Notes: a model not told the origin generated them from the letters alone. A DNA stretch of 64,000 bases from Patescibacteria group bacterium (GCA_038063615.1 JBBTUT010000003.1:1352-65351); one strand, 5' to 3'; counted from the stretch's first letter, positions 27,411-37,724 are shown. Made by a program: numbers and translations.

Positions 27411-28490
27411 ATGGCAAAGGATCACTACAAAACACTCGGCGTTGAAAAGGGCGCATCTCAAGACGAAATCAAAAAAGCGTTTCGCAAGCTTGCGCACCAG
27501 CATCATCCCGACAAGGGCGGTGATGAGAAGAAATTCAAAGAGGCGAGCGAGGCGTATCAAGTACTCTCTGACGAAAAGAAGCGTACCGAATATGACACCT
27601 ATGGAAGTGCTGGGCCTAGTCAGGGTTTTGGCGGTGGGCAAGGAGGAGGTTTTGACTATTCCGGCTTCGGTGGTTTTCAAGGCGGGCAAGGGTTTGAGGG
27701 GGTGGATCTGAACGACATTTTTGGTGACTTTTTCGGCGGGGGAAATGGTCGCGGGCGCACGCAAGCGCGCCGAGGGCGCGACATTTCAGTAGACCTCGAG
27801 ATCTCATTTTCCGAGGGCGTGTTTGGTGTGGAGCGCAAAGTGTTCATCACGAAAACTTCAGCGTGTGGTACCTGCCACGGCAGTGGTGCAAAGCCGGGCA
27901 CGAAAACGAAAACCTGCGCCGAGTGTAAAGGGCAGGGTCGCATCCAAGAAATGAAGCGCTCGTTCCTCGGCACTATTTCTCAGGTGCGCGAGTGTTCTGC
28001 GTGCGCGGGTACCGGCAAGATTCCCGAGGAAAAGTGCACGGACTGCAAAGGGCACGGCGTCCTCCGCAAGCAAGAGGAAATCACTATCCGTGTTCCATCT
28101 GGTATTCAAAACGGCGAGATGGTGCGCTTGATGGGCGCGGGCGAAGCGGTGCAAAACGGCACGGCGGGGGATTTGTATGTCAATATCCACATCGCACCGC
28201 ACAAAGTTTTCAAGCGCGAAGGGGTCAACCTCGTGATGAACCTCGGCGTGAAGCTTACCGACGCGCTCCTTGGTGCCGAGCACTCTATCGAAACTCTCGA
28301 CGGGCAGATAAAGGTCAAAATTCCGCGCGGAGTTTCCTCGGGAGAGACATTGCGCGTGCGAGAAAAAGGCGTACCGTTTGCTCAAAAACACCGCGGTGAC
28401 CTCCTCATCAAAGTCGAAGTGAAAACCCCCGCGAAACTTTCCCGCACAGCGGAAAAACTCATCGAGAATCTTCGTGAGGAGGGGATATAA
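27411..28490 (+). CDS. dnaJ: Chaperone DnaJ
   Basis: J-domain HYKTLGV...HHPDK. Gly/Phe region. Four CxxCxGxG zinc-finger repeats. ORF track starts at in-frame ATG 27378. Confidence 0.9.
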   Translation: MAKDHYKTLGVEKGASQDEIKKAFRKLAHQHHPDKGGDEKKFKEASEAYQVLSDEKKRTEYDTYGSAGPSQGFGGGQGGGFDYSGFGGFQGGQGFEGVDLNDIFGDFFGGGNGRGRTQARRGRDISVDLEISFSEGVFGVERKVFITKTSACGTCHGSGAKPGTKTKTCAECKGQGRIQEMKRSFLGTISQVRECSACAGTGKIPEEKCTDCKGHGVLRKQEEITIRVPSGIQNGEMVRLMGAGEAVQNGTAGDLYVNIHIAPHKVFKREGVNLVMNLGVKLTDALLGAEHSIETLDGQIKVKIPRGVSSGETLRVREKGVPFAQKHRGDLLIKVEVKTPAKLSRTAEKLIENLREEGI

Positions 28491-28495
28491 CTATT

Positions 28496-29191
28496 ATGAT
28501 TTTTTTTGCAATCACACCGTTCATCTTGCAGACGCTCGTATACCCATTCACTTGGGTTTCGCTCAGCTTTTTCGCAAAAATTCGCATTTTGGGTAAAGAG
28601 AATATTCGCGGGCATAAACACGGAGTGATATTTGCGGTCAATCATGCAAGCGAGCTTGACCCAATCCTCATCCCCGCAACACTCGATCCATTTTCGCGCC
28701 TAATGCCGATGTTTTATCTCGCGCGCGAGAGTGCATTCTACGAGAAGAGCGGGCTTGCGAAATATATCTACGGCGGACTTTTTTTCAAGATCTGGGGCGC
28801 GTACCCGGTGACCGTAGGAACAAGAGGCGACTATGAGCATGCACTCAGGCACCATATCAAAATTCTTGAACGCGGGAAGAGTATCTGTATTTTCCCTGAG
28901 GGAGGCAAAACAAAAAACGGCGAAATCGGCGAAGGAAAGCCGGGCGTCGCATACCTCCTCTGGCGCACCGGCAGACCCGTGATCCCTGTCGCCATCCGCG
29001 GCCACTATCAAATGAGTGCGCATAGATTCCTCACCCGCAAACACTCCATCACCGTTTCCTACGGCGCACCCATCACCAAAGAAGAGCTCTTTGGTGCGCG
29101 AGCAGATGCGATCTCGCCAACCCGCGAAGAATTAAAAGTAGCCACGCAAGTTATTATGTCGCGTATTCGGGAGATGTATGAGGGGATATAA
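28496..29191 (+). CDS. plsC: 1-acyl-sn-glycerol-3-phosphate acyltransferase
   Basis: NHASELD (HX4D) and FPEGG acyltransferase motifs. Confidence 0.8.
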   Translation: MIFFAITPFILQTLVYPFTWVSLSFFAKIRILGKENIRGHKHGVIFAVNHASELDPILIPATLDPFSRLMPMFYLARESAFYEKSGLAKYIYGGLFFKIWGAYPVTVGTRGDYEHALRHHIKILERGKSICIFPEGGKTKNGEIGEGKPGVAYLLWRTGRPVIPVAIRGHYQMSAHRFLTRKHSITVSYGAPITKEELFGARADAISPTREELKVATQVIMSRIREMYEGI

Positions 29192-29202
29192 GATTTTTTC
29201 TT

Positions 29203-31002
29203 ATGAAATCAAAACATTCCAATATCGAATATCCGGAAGTTCGCATGCGTGATGTGGCGTCTTCTTTGTGGCAAGGGATGAGCAAAAGCTGGGTTATGAT
29301 GCTCGCCATCCTCTTTGGTATTGGGGGAGCAAATGCTTTTGAAATTGTAATACCACTCTATTATAAAAAGTTTTTTGATACTCTTTTGTTGCCGGAGTCC
29401 AAGGCAGAGCTTTCGCCACAACTTGTTCATATCATTCTCTTTATTTTATTGCTTAACGGAGCTGGTTGGGTTTGTTGGCGTATTGGATCGTATGCGATCA
29501 TACGCGTTCAAGCAAGATCAATGGCGACTCTTCGCCAACAAGCTTATGACCGTCTTTTGCATCATTCATATAGTTTTTTTGCCAATAATTTCACTGGGGC
29601 ATTGGTTCAGCGTGTCGGGAGATATGCCCGTGCATTTGAACGCATCACAGACCGTATCACATGGGATATTCTCCCACTCATTGTGCGTATTTCCGGTGCG
29701 GTCATTATTACTGCGTACATCTTTCCAATGCTCGCCACTATCATTTTTGGGTGGGTGGTTTTGTATATGGCGGTCAATGTTGTTTATTCGAGGTGGCGCC
29801 TAAAATATAACCTGCAAATGGTAGAAGCGGACTCGCGCACGACTGCGGTGCTTGCCGATACTATTACCAATCAAAACAATATTGATATTTTCAGCCAACA
29901 CGCATACGAGCAGAAGTATTTTAAAGAGGTAACAGATGATCAGGCAAAAATTACTTTTCGTAATTGGGGTGTCGGTCAGGTGCTCGATGCCATGCAAGCG
30001 GCACTCATTGTCCTTATGGAGTTCGCAATTTTTTATCTCCTTATTCACTACTGGGAACAGGGGCCTGTTATGGTGGGGACATTTATCATGGTCCAGCTGT
30101 ATGTTTTGGGACTCGGAAAGAGATTATGGGATTTTGGACGCATCATCCGCGACGCTTATGAAGGATATGCGGATGCTAAAGAAATGGTGGAGATTATGAA
30201 ACTTCCATATGAAATAAAAGATGTGCCTGCTGCGGTACCGCTTCATGTTTCTGGCGGGGAGATTGTTTTCAGTGATGTTTCGTTCGCCTTCAACCAAACA
30301 CGCGAAGTTTTGCAAAATATAAACTTCACGATCAAGGCCGGTGAAAAGATTGCTCTCGTTGGTCCGTCTGGCGCAGGCAAGACGACATTCGTGCGCCTGC
30401 TTTTGCGGTTTTATGATGTGACGAGTGGCAAGATTTTGATTGATGGTCAGAACATTCGTTATGCAACACTTGAAACGCTTCGCAACAAGGTGAGTCTTGT
30501 CCCGCAGGACCCGCTTCTTTTCCACCGAACTATTATGGAGAACATTCGCTATGGCAAGCCCAGCGCGACAGAGGCCGAGGTCATGGAGGCCGCACGCCTA
30601 GCACATTGCGATGAGTTTATAAATGCATTGCCAAAACAATACGAAACATATGTGGGAGAGAGAGGGATAAAACTTTCCGGCGGGGAACGACAGCGGGTTG
30701 CCATTGCGCGTGCTATTTTGAAAAATGCACCAATACTCGTACTTGATGAAGCAACATCAAGCTTGGACTCGCATTCCGAAGCGCTCATTCAGGACGCGCT
30801 TGATACATTAATGAAAGGTAAGACTGTCGTTGTCGTTGCCCATCGTCTATCAACCATCCGCAAGATGGACCGCATTGCGGTACTCAAAGACGGGGCCATC
30901 ATCGAGGAAGGCACTCACGACGACCTAACCAAACAAAACGGCAGTCTCTACGCAAAGCTCTGGGACCTCCAAGCCGGCGGATTTTTACGCGAAGAGGATT
31001 GA
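29203..31002 (+). CDS. ABC exporter, fused permease/ATPase (MsbA-like), canonical signature
   Basis: 6-TM N-terminal domain. Walker A GPSGAGKTT, signature LSGGERQR, Walker B ILVLDEATS. Confidence 0.85.
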   Translation: MKSKHSNIEYPEVRMRDVASSLWQGMSKSWVMMLAILFGIGGANAFEIVIPLYYKKFFDTLLLPESKAELSPQLVHIILFILLLNGAGWVCWRIGSYAIIRVQARSMATLRQQAYDRLLHHSYSFFANNFTGALVQRVGRYARAFERITDRITWDILPLIVRISGAVIITAYIFPMLATIIFGWVVLYMAVNVVYSRWRLKYNLQMVEADSRTTAVLADTITNQNNIDIFSQHAYEQKYFKEVTDDQAKITFRNWGVGQVLDAMQAALIVLMEFAIFYLLIHYWEQGPVMVGTFIMVQLYVLGLGKRLWDFGRIIRDAYEGYADAKEMVEIMKLPYEIKDVPAAVPLHVSGGEIVFSDVSFAFNQTREVLQNINFTIKAGEKIALVGPSGAGKTTFVRLLLRFYDVTSGKILIDGQNIRYATLETLRNKVSLVPQDPLLFHRTIMENIRYGKPSATEAEVMEAARLAHCDEFINALPKQYETYVGERGIKLSGGERQRVAIARAILKNAPILVLDEATSSLDSHSEALIQDALDTLMKGKTVVVVAHRLSTIRKMDRIAVLKDGAIIEEGTHDDLTKQNGSLYAKLWDLQAGGFLREED

Positions 31003-31010
31003 GCGAAATA

Positions 31011-31053
31011 TAAATTCCCCAATTTAACCCTATAGGGCGCGATTGGGGAATTT
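31011..31053. terminator. Nested hairpin aaattccccaat-ttaaccctatagggcgcg-attggggaatttt
   Basis: Inverted repeat with CCCTATAGGG core. Confidence 0.55.
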
Positions 31054-31086
31054 TGAAGTTTCTTATTTTTCTGTGTTGGTAATTTT

Positions 31087-31132
31087 CCAAATCCGCCAGC
31101 TTGGACCTATAGGTCCAAGCTGGCGGATTTGG
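31087..31132. terminator. 46-nt perfect palindrome ccaaatccgccagcttggacctataggtccaagctggcggatttgg
   Basis: Perfect inverted repeat with CTATAG centre. Confidence 0.7.
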
Positions 31133-31191
31133 AATTTCGATTTTGCTACGCTATATCGTGATACGAGAGACTGTGATATAATGCTCAAAAT

Positions 31192-32997
31192 ATGGAGGAT
31201 AAAAATACAAAATTGTCATTTTTGAAATTTCTGGATACGCTGAGGTGGTTGTTTGTTTATAATATAAAACTGGCGCCTGTGGCGGCCAGCTTCAACGCGT
31301 TTGCCGCTATCTTTTCGACGGCGAGTCCTTTGGTCAATGCATATATTTTTGCGAGATTGTTGGATGATGTCATAAAGATTGCTACGGCGCATGGAGATCC
31401 GAAAGAAATCATCCCGATGCTCGGGGTGCTCCTTGCATATAATTTGATTAATTCAGCAATCAATGCCACAAACGGATATGCATCGCAGGTGATGAGTGCT
31501 GCAACTCAGTACAAGTCACCACAAATCTTATATCGCCACATTCATTCATTGGGCATTCAGACACTGGAAAATCCTGAAGTTGCCAATAAGATACAACGGT
31601 CAAAGGAAATCATCGGAGCATTATATGGTGATTTTGAACGGGCAGTAGCATTCTTCGCAAAAATCTTCACGCTGATTGCCGCGGCCTTTATTGTAGTCAA
31701 AGTGATGCCTGTAGTAATGGCGATCATTGCCATCTCGATACTTCCGGAGATGGCCTCAAATAAATTCCATATGAGGAAAGAATGGAAGCTATATAGAGAT
31801 GAGACCGAAAATAGACGGAGGGCGAATTTCATTTTTTCTTCGCTCATAGAAACTTCAAACCTCCAAGAGGTCACCATAACCTCCGCGTATGAATATCTGA
31901 ATAATGTATACAAAAAATTCGCTGACTGGTTTACAAAGGAGGACTTAAAGATTCTTAAGGGTTGGCAATTTTTTGGTTTTCTGTTTGGGTCAATAACAGA
32001 TGTCACCAGCATCTTTGGGTACTTCACCATTTTAAAAAACCTTTTTAGTGGAATTGCTTCCATTGGTACGGCGACATTTCAAATGAGGTCGTTAGACACT
32101 TTTGTCAACAACTTGCTGACCGTGGGGAATGCATATGTCGGGCTCACCGAGAGGTGTATCCGTATGAGCGAGATCAAAGAATTGTTCGAGATGAAGCCGA
32201 TGGTTTCTGATGGCGGTGTGGAGATGGCAGTCTCTGCGGATGCCCCGAACATATCATTGAAGGGAGTCAGTTTCAAATACCCAAACTCCGATCGGTTTAT
32301 TATCAATGACCTGAACCTCGAGATTAAGCCGGGAGAAAAGATTGCAATCGTCGGAGAAAACGGCGCGGGAAAGACTACGCTCGTGAAATTGTTGAGCAGA
32401 TTTTACAAGGTGGACAAGGGTGGTGTCTATTTGAACGATGAGAATATCAATGACATTAAGATAGACAGTTGGTACAAGAATCTGGGAGTGCTGTTTCAGG
32501 AATACAATACCTACGGGTCACTGACGCTGAAAGAAAATATCCTTTTGGGAGATGCGCACCGAGAGCCGGATGAGGCGAAAATGAAGATTGCGGCGGACAG
32601 GGCAAATGTCAATTCATTCATTTCCAATTATAAAAATGGGTACGATCAGGTGCTCAGCGAAAAATTCAAAGGAGGCACCCGCCCGAGTACGGGGCAGTGG
32701 CAGAAGATTGCCATCGCGCGGTTCTTTTATCGTGATTCGCCCGTTGTTATTTTCGACGAGCCCACGGCTTCCATTGATGCGGTTGCGGAGGCGGAGATCT
32801 TTGGGCAAATTTACGAATTTTTCAAAGACAAAACGGTGATTATTATCTCGCACCGATTCTCAACAGTGCGCAATGCGGACAAGATCTATGTCTTGGACGG
32901 CGGGAAAATAGCAGAAAGCGGCAATCATGACCAGCTGATGAAGCTGAAAGGGAAGTACCACAAAGCGTTTATCATTCAGGCCGAGGGGTATAAGTAA
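31192..32997 (+). CDS. ABC exporter, fused permease/ATPase, degenerate signature motif (probable heterodimer partner of 29203-31002)
   Basis: Walker A GENGAGKTT, Walker B VIFDEPTASID, but signature STGQWQK instead of LSGGQ. Confidence 0.8.
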   Translation: MEDKNTKLSFLKFLDTLRWLFVYNIKLAPVAASFNAFAAIFSTASPLVNAYIFARLLDDVIKIATAHGDPKEIIPMLGVLLAYNLINSAINATNGYASQVMSAATQYKSPQILYRHIHSLGIQTLENPEVANKIQRSKEIIGALYGDFERAVAFFAKIFTLIAAAFIVVKVMPVVMAIIAISILPEMASNKFHMRKEWKLYRDETENRRRANFIFSSLIETSNLQEVTITSAYEYLNNVYKKFADWFTKEDLKILKGWQFFGFLFGSITDVTSIFGYFTILKNLFSGIASIGTATFQMRSLDTFVNNLLTVGNAYVGLTERCIRMSEIKELFEMKPMVSDGGVEMAVSADAPNISLKGVSFKYPNSDRFIINDLNLEIKPGEKIAIVGENGAGKTTLVKLLSRFYKVDKGGVYLNDENINDIKIDSWYKNLGVLFQEYNTYGSLTLKENILLGDAHREPDEAKMKIAADRANVNSFISNYKNGYDQVLSEKFKGGTRPSTGQWQKIAIARFFYRDSPVVIFDEPTASIDAVAEAEIFGQIYEFFKDKTVIIISHRFSTVRNADKIYVLDGGKIAESGNHDQLMKLKGKYHKAFIIQAEGYK

Positions 32998-33039
32998 TTG
33001 GGAGGGGAAACAAACAACTGACAACTAACAATCGACAAT

Positions 33040-33149
33040 ATGAATCCCGTTAGAAGTTTTTCTGTAATTTTTACAGAAGACAAATAAGCAGATAATTGGT
33101 AAGATAATATTGATAATTAATTTTTAATAACTAAACTTCTAACGGGATG
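33040..33149. mobile_element. MITE-like miniature element with 15-nt terminal inverted repeats TCCCGTTAGAAGTTT, flanked by ATGAA/ATGAAAA, sitting on the eno start codon
   Basis: atgaaTCCCGTTAGAAG ... CTTCTAACGGGatgaaaat. Same termini as the GIY-YIG element at 56684-57019. Confidence 0.7.
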
Positions 33150-34436
33150 AAAATAAAATCAATCAATGCGCGAGAGGTATTAGATAGCAGGGGGAATCCA
33201 ACTGTCGAGGCGGTGGTCATTTTGGAAAATGGTTCGATTGGTTCTGCGATGGTGCCGTCGGGGGCTTCTACGGGGAAATACGAGGCGGTGGAGCTTCGCG
33301 ATGGTGATACAGAGAGGTACGGCGGACTCGGTGTATTGAAAGCGGTGGGGAATATCAAAAATGAGATTGCGGGAGCTTTGGTCGGGATGGATGCCGCAGA
33401 CCAGAGGGCTATCGATACCGCGATGATCGCGCTCGACGGGACGGAAAACAAAACCAAGCTTGGCGCGAATGCAATCTTGGCGGTGTCTCTCGCTGTTGCA
33501 AAAGCAGAGTCGGTGGCGGAGGGTAAGCCGTTGTATGACTATCTCACAAAATTCAATCCAGATTTCAACGGGAAATTCATCATGCCGATACCGATGATGA
33601 ATATAATGAACGGAGGCAAGCATGCGAGCTGGGCGACGGACATTCAGGAATATATGATCGTGCCTGTTGGTGCCGGCTCGGTCACTGAAGCAGTGAGAGT
33701 ATGCGCGGAAGTGTATGCGTGCCTCAAAAAGACATTGAAAGAAAAAGAATATGCTACCAATGTCGGTGACGAGGGTGGTTTTGCTCCCGCAGTGAAAGAC
33801 AATAAAGAGCCGTTTGAACTGATGTCCGAAGCTGTTGCGAAAGCCGGCTATACGCTTGGCAAAGATGTTTTCTTCGGCATCGACGCCGCCGCTTCTGAAT
33901 TTTTCGAGAACGGTTTGTACCAGCTCCGCAAAGAGGGGAAGAGCGTAAATGGCGAAGAGCTGTCTTCTTTCTATCGCGGGCTTGCAGAAGAGTACCCGAT
34001 CATTTCGATGGAGGATATTTTTGCCGAAGATGACTGGGAATCCTTTGGTAAGTTTACCACTGAGAATGGCAGTCACACGCAGATTGTCGGTGACGATTTG
34101 TATGTCACTAATATGAAGAGATTGGAGCGTGGTGTCGCGGAGAAAACGACCAACTCTATTTTGATCAAATTGAATCAGATCGGAACATTGACCGAAACGA
34201 TTGACACAATCCTTTTGGCGGAAAAGAATAATTTTACTTCGATTATCTCTCATCGGAGTGGCGAAACGGAAGATACTTTTATTGCCGACCTCGTCGTCGC
34301 GATGGGTACCGGACAGATCAAAACGGGTGCACCGTGTCGCAGTGAGCGCACCGCAAAGTACAATCGCTTGATGGCGATAGAAGAGGAAGTAGGCGACAAA
34401 GCAGAGTATGCGAAGTTTCCGTTTCTAAAAAAATAA
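33147..34436 (+). CDS. eno: Enolase
   Basis: Full-length enolase (SGETED, catalytic Lys/Glu regions, IKLNQIGTLTETI). Confidence 0.95.
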   Translation: MKIKSINAREVLDSRGNPTVEAVVILENGSIGSAMVPSGASTGKYEAVELRDGDTERYGGLGVLKAVGNIKNEIAGALVGMDAADQRAIDTAMIALDGTENKTKLGANAILAVSLAVAKAESVAEGKPLYDYLTKFNPDFNGKFIMPIPMMNIMNGGKHASWATDIQEYMIVPVGAGSVTEAVRVCAEVYACLKKTLKEKEYATNVGDEGGFAPAVKDNKEPFELMSEAVAKAGYTLGKDVFFGIDAAASEFFENGLYQLRKEGKSVNGEELSSFYRGLAEEYPIISMEDIFAEDDWESFGKFTTENGSHTQIVGDDLYVTNMKRLERGVAEKTTNSILIKLNQIGTLTETIDTILLAEKNNFTSIISHRSGETEDTFIADLVVAMGTGQIKTGAPCRSERTAKYNRLMAIEEEVGDKAEYAKFPFLKK

Positions 34437-34437
34437 A

Positions 34438-34462
34438 GGGACACCGGAATGTCCCTTTTGGT
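34438..34462 (+). terminator. Hairpin gggacaccggaatgtccc plus ttttgg
   Basis: Perfect stem after the eno stop. Confidence 0.7.
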
Positions 34463-34577
34463 CAGCGCCAGCGCCTACTCTTCTTGTTTGCCGGTTCAGG
34501 ATGATGCGAGGAATGATGCTCACACAGCGTGTGCAAACATTTTTTTTGGTCGCACGCCCCATTTTCTATCCATACCC

Positions 34578-34817
34578 TTAAATTAGTTTTACCATTTGGG
34601 CAATCTTGGTTTTCTGCCATTCCCATACCCACCTCCTTTTAAATTTTTTCCTCTCAGGGTTTCTGTCCTGCGGTGTACCGGAGATCATCCCCGCAAACAC
34701 ACGGACATTTCTGTGTGTCGTGCCGAAAGTTTCATCGATAGACTTTGCCGAAGGAAAATCATAATTGAAAATTTCCTTCTTGCTCATACCGAGTATTCTT
34801 CGAGCTACTATGCTCAT
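34578..34817 (-). CDS. Hypothetical small protein (79 aa) with strong Shine-Dalgarno
   Basis: AAAAAGGAGGcagacATG on the minus strand. No homology recognised. Confidence 0.3.
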   Translation of the reverse strand: MSIVARRILGMSKKEIFNYDFPSAKSIDETFGTTHRNVRVFAGMISGTPQDRNPERKKFKRRWVWEWQKTKIAQMVKLI

Positions 34818-35023
34818 GTCTGCCTCCTTTTTAAGAACTATGAATTTTATTCTTCCCTAAAACTACTCTTAAATCACCAAAAAGTCAAAAGTTGCGGGTT
34901 CTGCTATAATGCGGTTTGTATGTCTGACCAAAACAAAACAGAGGCAAATTCACTCGATCAAAAAGAACAGATGAAAAAAGGTTTGCGCGCGGTATGGCGC
35001 CATGTGCGACCGTTTAAAAAAGG

Positions 35024-35798
35024 GGGAAAGGGGGTCAGGTACCCTTTCCCTTTACTTCTGGGGAAAGGGGGTCAGGTACCCTTTCCCTTTACTTCTGATA
35101 TACTAACCATATGCCTCGCATCACTCGTACCGACATCGGCAATCATTGCTATCATGTCATAAACCGTGCCAACGCGCGTATGCCGATTTTCTTCGCAGAA
35201 AAGGACTATGTTTTGTTTGAGCAAGTCCTAGAGGAAGCGCAAGAAAAGTTCTCTATGAGAATCCTCGCATACTGCCTCATGCCAAACCATTTTCACCTTG
35301 TGTTGTATCCAAAAAATGATGGTGACATGGGAAAATTCATGCAATGGCTCACGCTCACCCATACCCAGCGCTGGCATCAGGCGAACAATACGAAAGGAAG
35401 TGGGCATCTCTACCAAGGAAGGTACAAATCTTTTTTGATACAGGGCGACAACCATCTTCTCTCTGTTATTCGTTATGTCGAGCGAAACTCGCTTCGCGCA
35501 AAACTTGTTAGAAAAGCAGAGAACTGGGGTTTTTGTAGTTTAGCACGACGACTATCAATCAACACAAGAAAAAAGAAACTCTTGTCAGCATGGCCGATAC
35601 CGGAGCCAAGAGATTATCTCTCATTTGTTAGCACCCCGCAAACAAAAGAAGAGGAAGAAAGCATCAGAGGATCTGTCGTAAGAGGGAAGCCGTTTGGTGC
35701 AGATGCATGGGCTACAAAAATGATCGAGAAGTTTGGACTTGAAGCTACCGTGCGCTCGACAGGGAGACCCAAAAAGGGTACCTGACCCCCTTTTTCTC
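35024..35798 (+). mobile_element. IS200/IS605-like (RAYT-like) element: two tandem 38-nt left hairpins, a Y1 transposase gene, and an inverted right hairpin
   Basis: Left: gggaaagggggtcaggtaccctttccctttacttctg twice (35024-35098). Right: aaaaagggtacctgaccccctttttctc (35771-35798), inverted. Transposase stop TGA lies inside the right hairpin. Confidence 0.7.
35111..35785 (+). CDS. IS200-like / REP-associated tyrosine transposase (Y1 HUH)
   Basis: HUH motif in CLMPNHFHLVLYP. Transposase_17-like N-terminus (YHVINRANARMPIF). Confidence 0.7.
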   Translation: MPRITRTDIGNHCYHVINRANARMPIFFAEKDYVLFEQVLEEAQEKFSMRILAYCLMPNHFHLVLYPKNDGDMGKFMQWLTLTHTQRWHQANNTKGSGHLYQGRYKSFLIQGDNHLLSVIRYVERNSLRAKLVRKAENWGFCSLARRLSINTRKKKLLSAWPIPEPRDYLSFVSTPQTKEEEESIRGSVVRGKPFGADAWATKMIEKFGLEATVRSTGRPKKGT

Positions 35799-36467
35799 AA
35801 AAGAGCGATGCGCGGGGTTGATATTCTGCGTCAATATGATATCCACCCGGGGGTGATTTGTACTGTTACCAAGAAAACGGTGAAATATGCCGAAGAAATC
35901 CTTCATGGGTTGGTTTCTGCCGGTTTCAAAAACATCGCTTTCAACGCCTTTTATAACACGGCATCGGAAAGTGGCGGAGACGAGTATGGGTTATCGGATA
36001 AAGACTGGTACGGTTTCCTTAGAGAAATCTTTGAATCATGGCTGGAAATTAATGATGAAACGATTCGTGTGCGCGAGCTGGATGCTATACTGGCGTGGAC
36101 GCTAGGGAAGTCAACAAACGAATGTTCTTTCCGCGGAAGTTGCGATAAATGGTTTGCGATTGACCACGCAGGTGATGTTTACCCTTGTGAAAGGTTTGGG
36201 AAGAAAGTCAATTTTGGAAGTCTTGATTCTCTTGGGGTCTACGGAAATCTCATTATGAGTCAAACTTTTCTTGAGTGGAAAGATTCAATCCAAGTATTAC
36301 CGAGTAAATGCAGGGCTTGCACTTTTCTATCATTGTGTAACAATGGTTGTAGTAGTCATAGGCAAGCTGATGATCAAGGGGTGCCTCTTTATACCTATTG
36401 TGAAAGTCGGCTGGATTTCTATGGTTTTGTACAAAATCGGATAAAGAAAGGAGGTGAGACGCTATGA
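35733..36467 (+). pseudogene. Radical-SAM/SPASM maturase (anSME-like) C-terminal fragment; N-terminal Cx3Cx2C core missing, interrupted by the IS element
   Basis: Twitch/SPASM Cys clusters (CSFRGSCDKWFAIDHAGDVYPCERF; CRACTFLSLCNNGC) align with the C-terminal half of anSME-type enzymes. No CxxxCxxC. The frame enters from the IS right hairpin. A separate 35-codon ORF upstream of the IS (34921-35025) has its own TATAAT. Confidence 0.6.
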
Positions 36468-36770
36468 ACAGTGGTTCTTTAGTATCAAGTAGTAAGGGAG
36501 GCAGATCTTTGCTTTCTTCAAATAGGGCACTTCAAGGTGCTTTTGGAAGGATTGAGAGTTTATCCGCAAGAGGAGAAACTGGTTACAGTGATTCTTCAGG
36601 AGAAGAAGGTGGCTGGGATGACGGCAAGCATTCAGATGGGTATGATGACTCAAGTGAACACAATGATTCATCTACTTAGTAATTGAAAGTGAATAGGTGG
36701 GTGATAATTAATTCACTATCATTAAAACGCGGGTTTGCAAAAATCCGCGTTTCTTTTTATTATATAAAAT

Positions 36771-37583
36771 ATGAATCATATAAACACAGACTTATTATTA
36801 TCAGACGAAGAGCATCTCGCGCTCCCAAAAGAAATAAGACAAAAAGTGCCGTACCTGTATTCTTTTGAGTGTAATGGTCAAATTCTTTACTACTTTGGTT
36901 CTAAACATGTGATGGACCCGAAACATCCCCAGTTTGAATTTCTGCACGAAAAATGGCAGGACTTTTTAGATAAAACGCGTGGCAGAAAATCGATAGTAAT
37001 CCATGAGGGAATCGTGAATGAAAAGAATTTAATATCTCTAGAGCGTGTGATTGAACAACATGGCGAATCCGGTGCCATTGTGTACTGGGCGGACAAGGAT
37101 AAGGTGCCTTGTTTTCGCCCTGAGCCAACGATAGCTGATGAGACCAGAGAATTATTGAAGGAATTTTCTCGAGAGGATATATTCTACTTTTTTATGATGA
37201 GAGGAACGGCAACATGGCAGAGAAAAGTTGCTCCTGAAAATTTTAACGAATTTATCACACGAAATATCCAACGCTATAAAAAAGAATTAGACTGGTCTGG
37301 TTTTGATTTTTCTTTTGAATCTGCAATTGGGAAAGTGCATAAAAAGATCTTTGGAAAAGAATTTAGTTTGGAAGACAAGGACTTTTTGGCACAAATCAAG
37401 AATCTTTCATTTTATGAATCTCACATTAATAAAGTAGCAAAAAGTTCTTTGAGAATAAGGGATGTTTTTATTTTGGAACACATAGGAAAGTATTGGTATG
37501 AAGGATATAATATTTTTATTGTTTACGGCTCGCACCATGCTAGAATTCAAGAACGAGCGATTAAGGATATGGTAGAAGCATAA
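36771..37583 (+). CDS. Hypothetical protein (270 aa)
   Basis: Long AT-rich ORF. No family recognised. Confidence 0.35.
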   Translation: MNHINTDLLLSDEEHLALPKEIRQKVPYLYSFECNGQILYYFGSKHVMDPKHPQFEFLHEKWQDFLDKTRGRKSIVIHEGIVNEKNLISLERVIEQHGESGAIVYWADKDKVPCFRPEPTIADETRELLKEFSREDIFYFFMMRGTATWQRKVAPENFNEFITRNIQRYKKELDWSGFDFSFESAIGKVHKKIFGKEFSLEDKDFLAQIKNLSFYESHINKVAKSSLRIRDVFILEHIGKYWYEGYNIFIVYGSHHARIQERAIKDMVEA

Positions 37584-37724
37584 AATTAAGGTCAATTGTA
37601 CCAAAACCCATAACTAGCATAAAAGATTTTTGTTCTTGTTGCTGGCATGGTATGATTGAATGGAAGAAAATGAGGTTGAGAGGGTTTTTGATTCTATCGC
37701 ATTAGGTATTTAAAAATATCATGA

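Noticed and set aside
36464-36679. 71-aa Ser/Gly/Asp-rich ORF overlapping the end of the SPASM fragment, considered as a RiPP precursor
   Set aside because: Low-complexity composition, no SD, overlaps a pseudogene end. Likely spurious.
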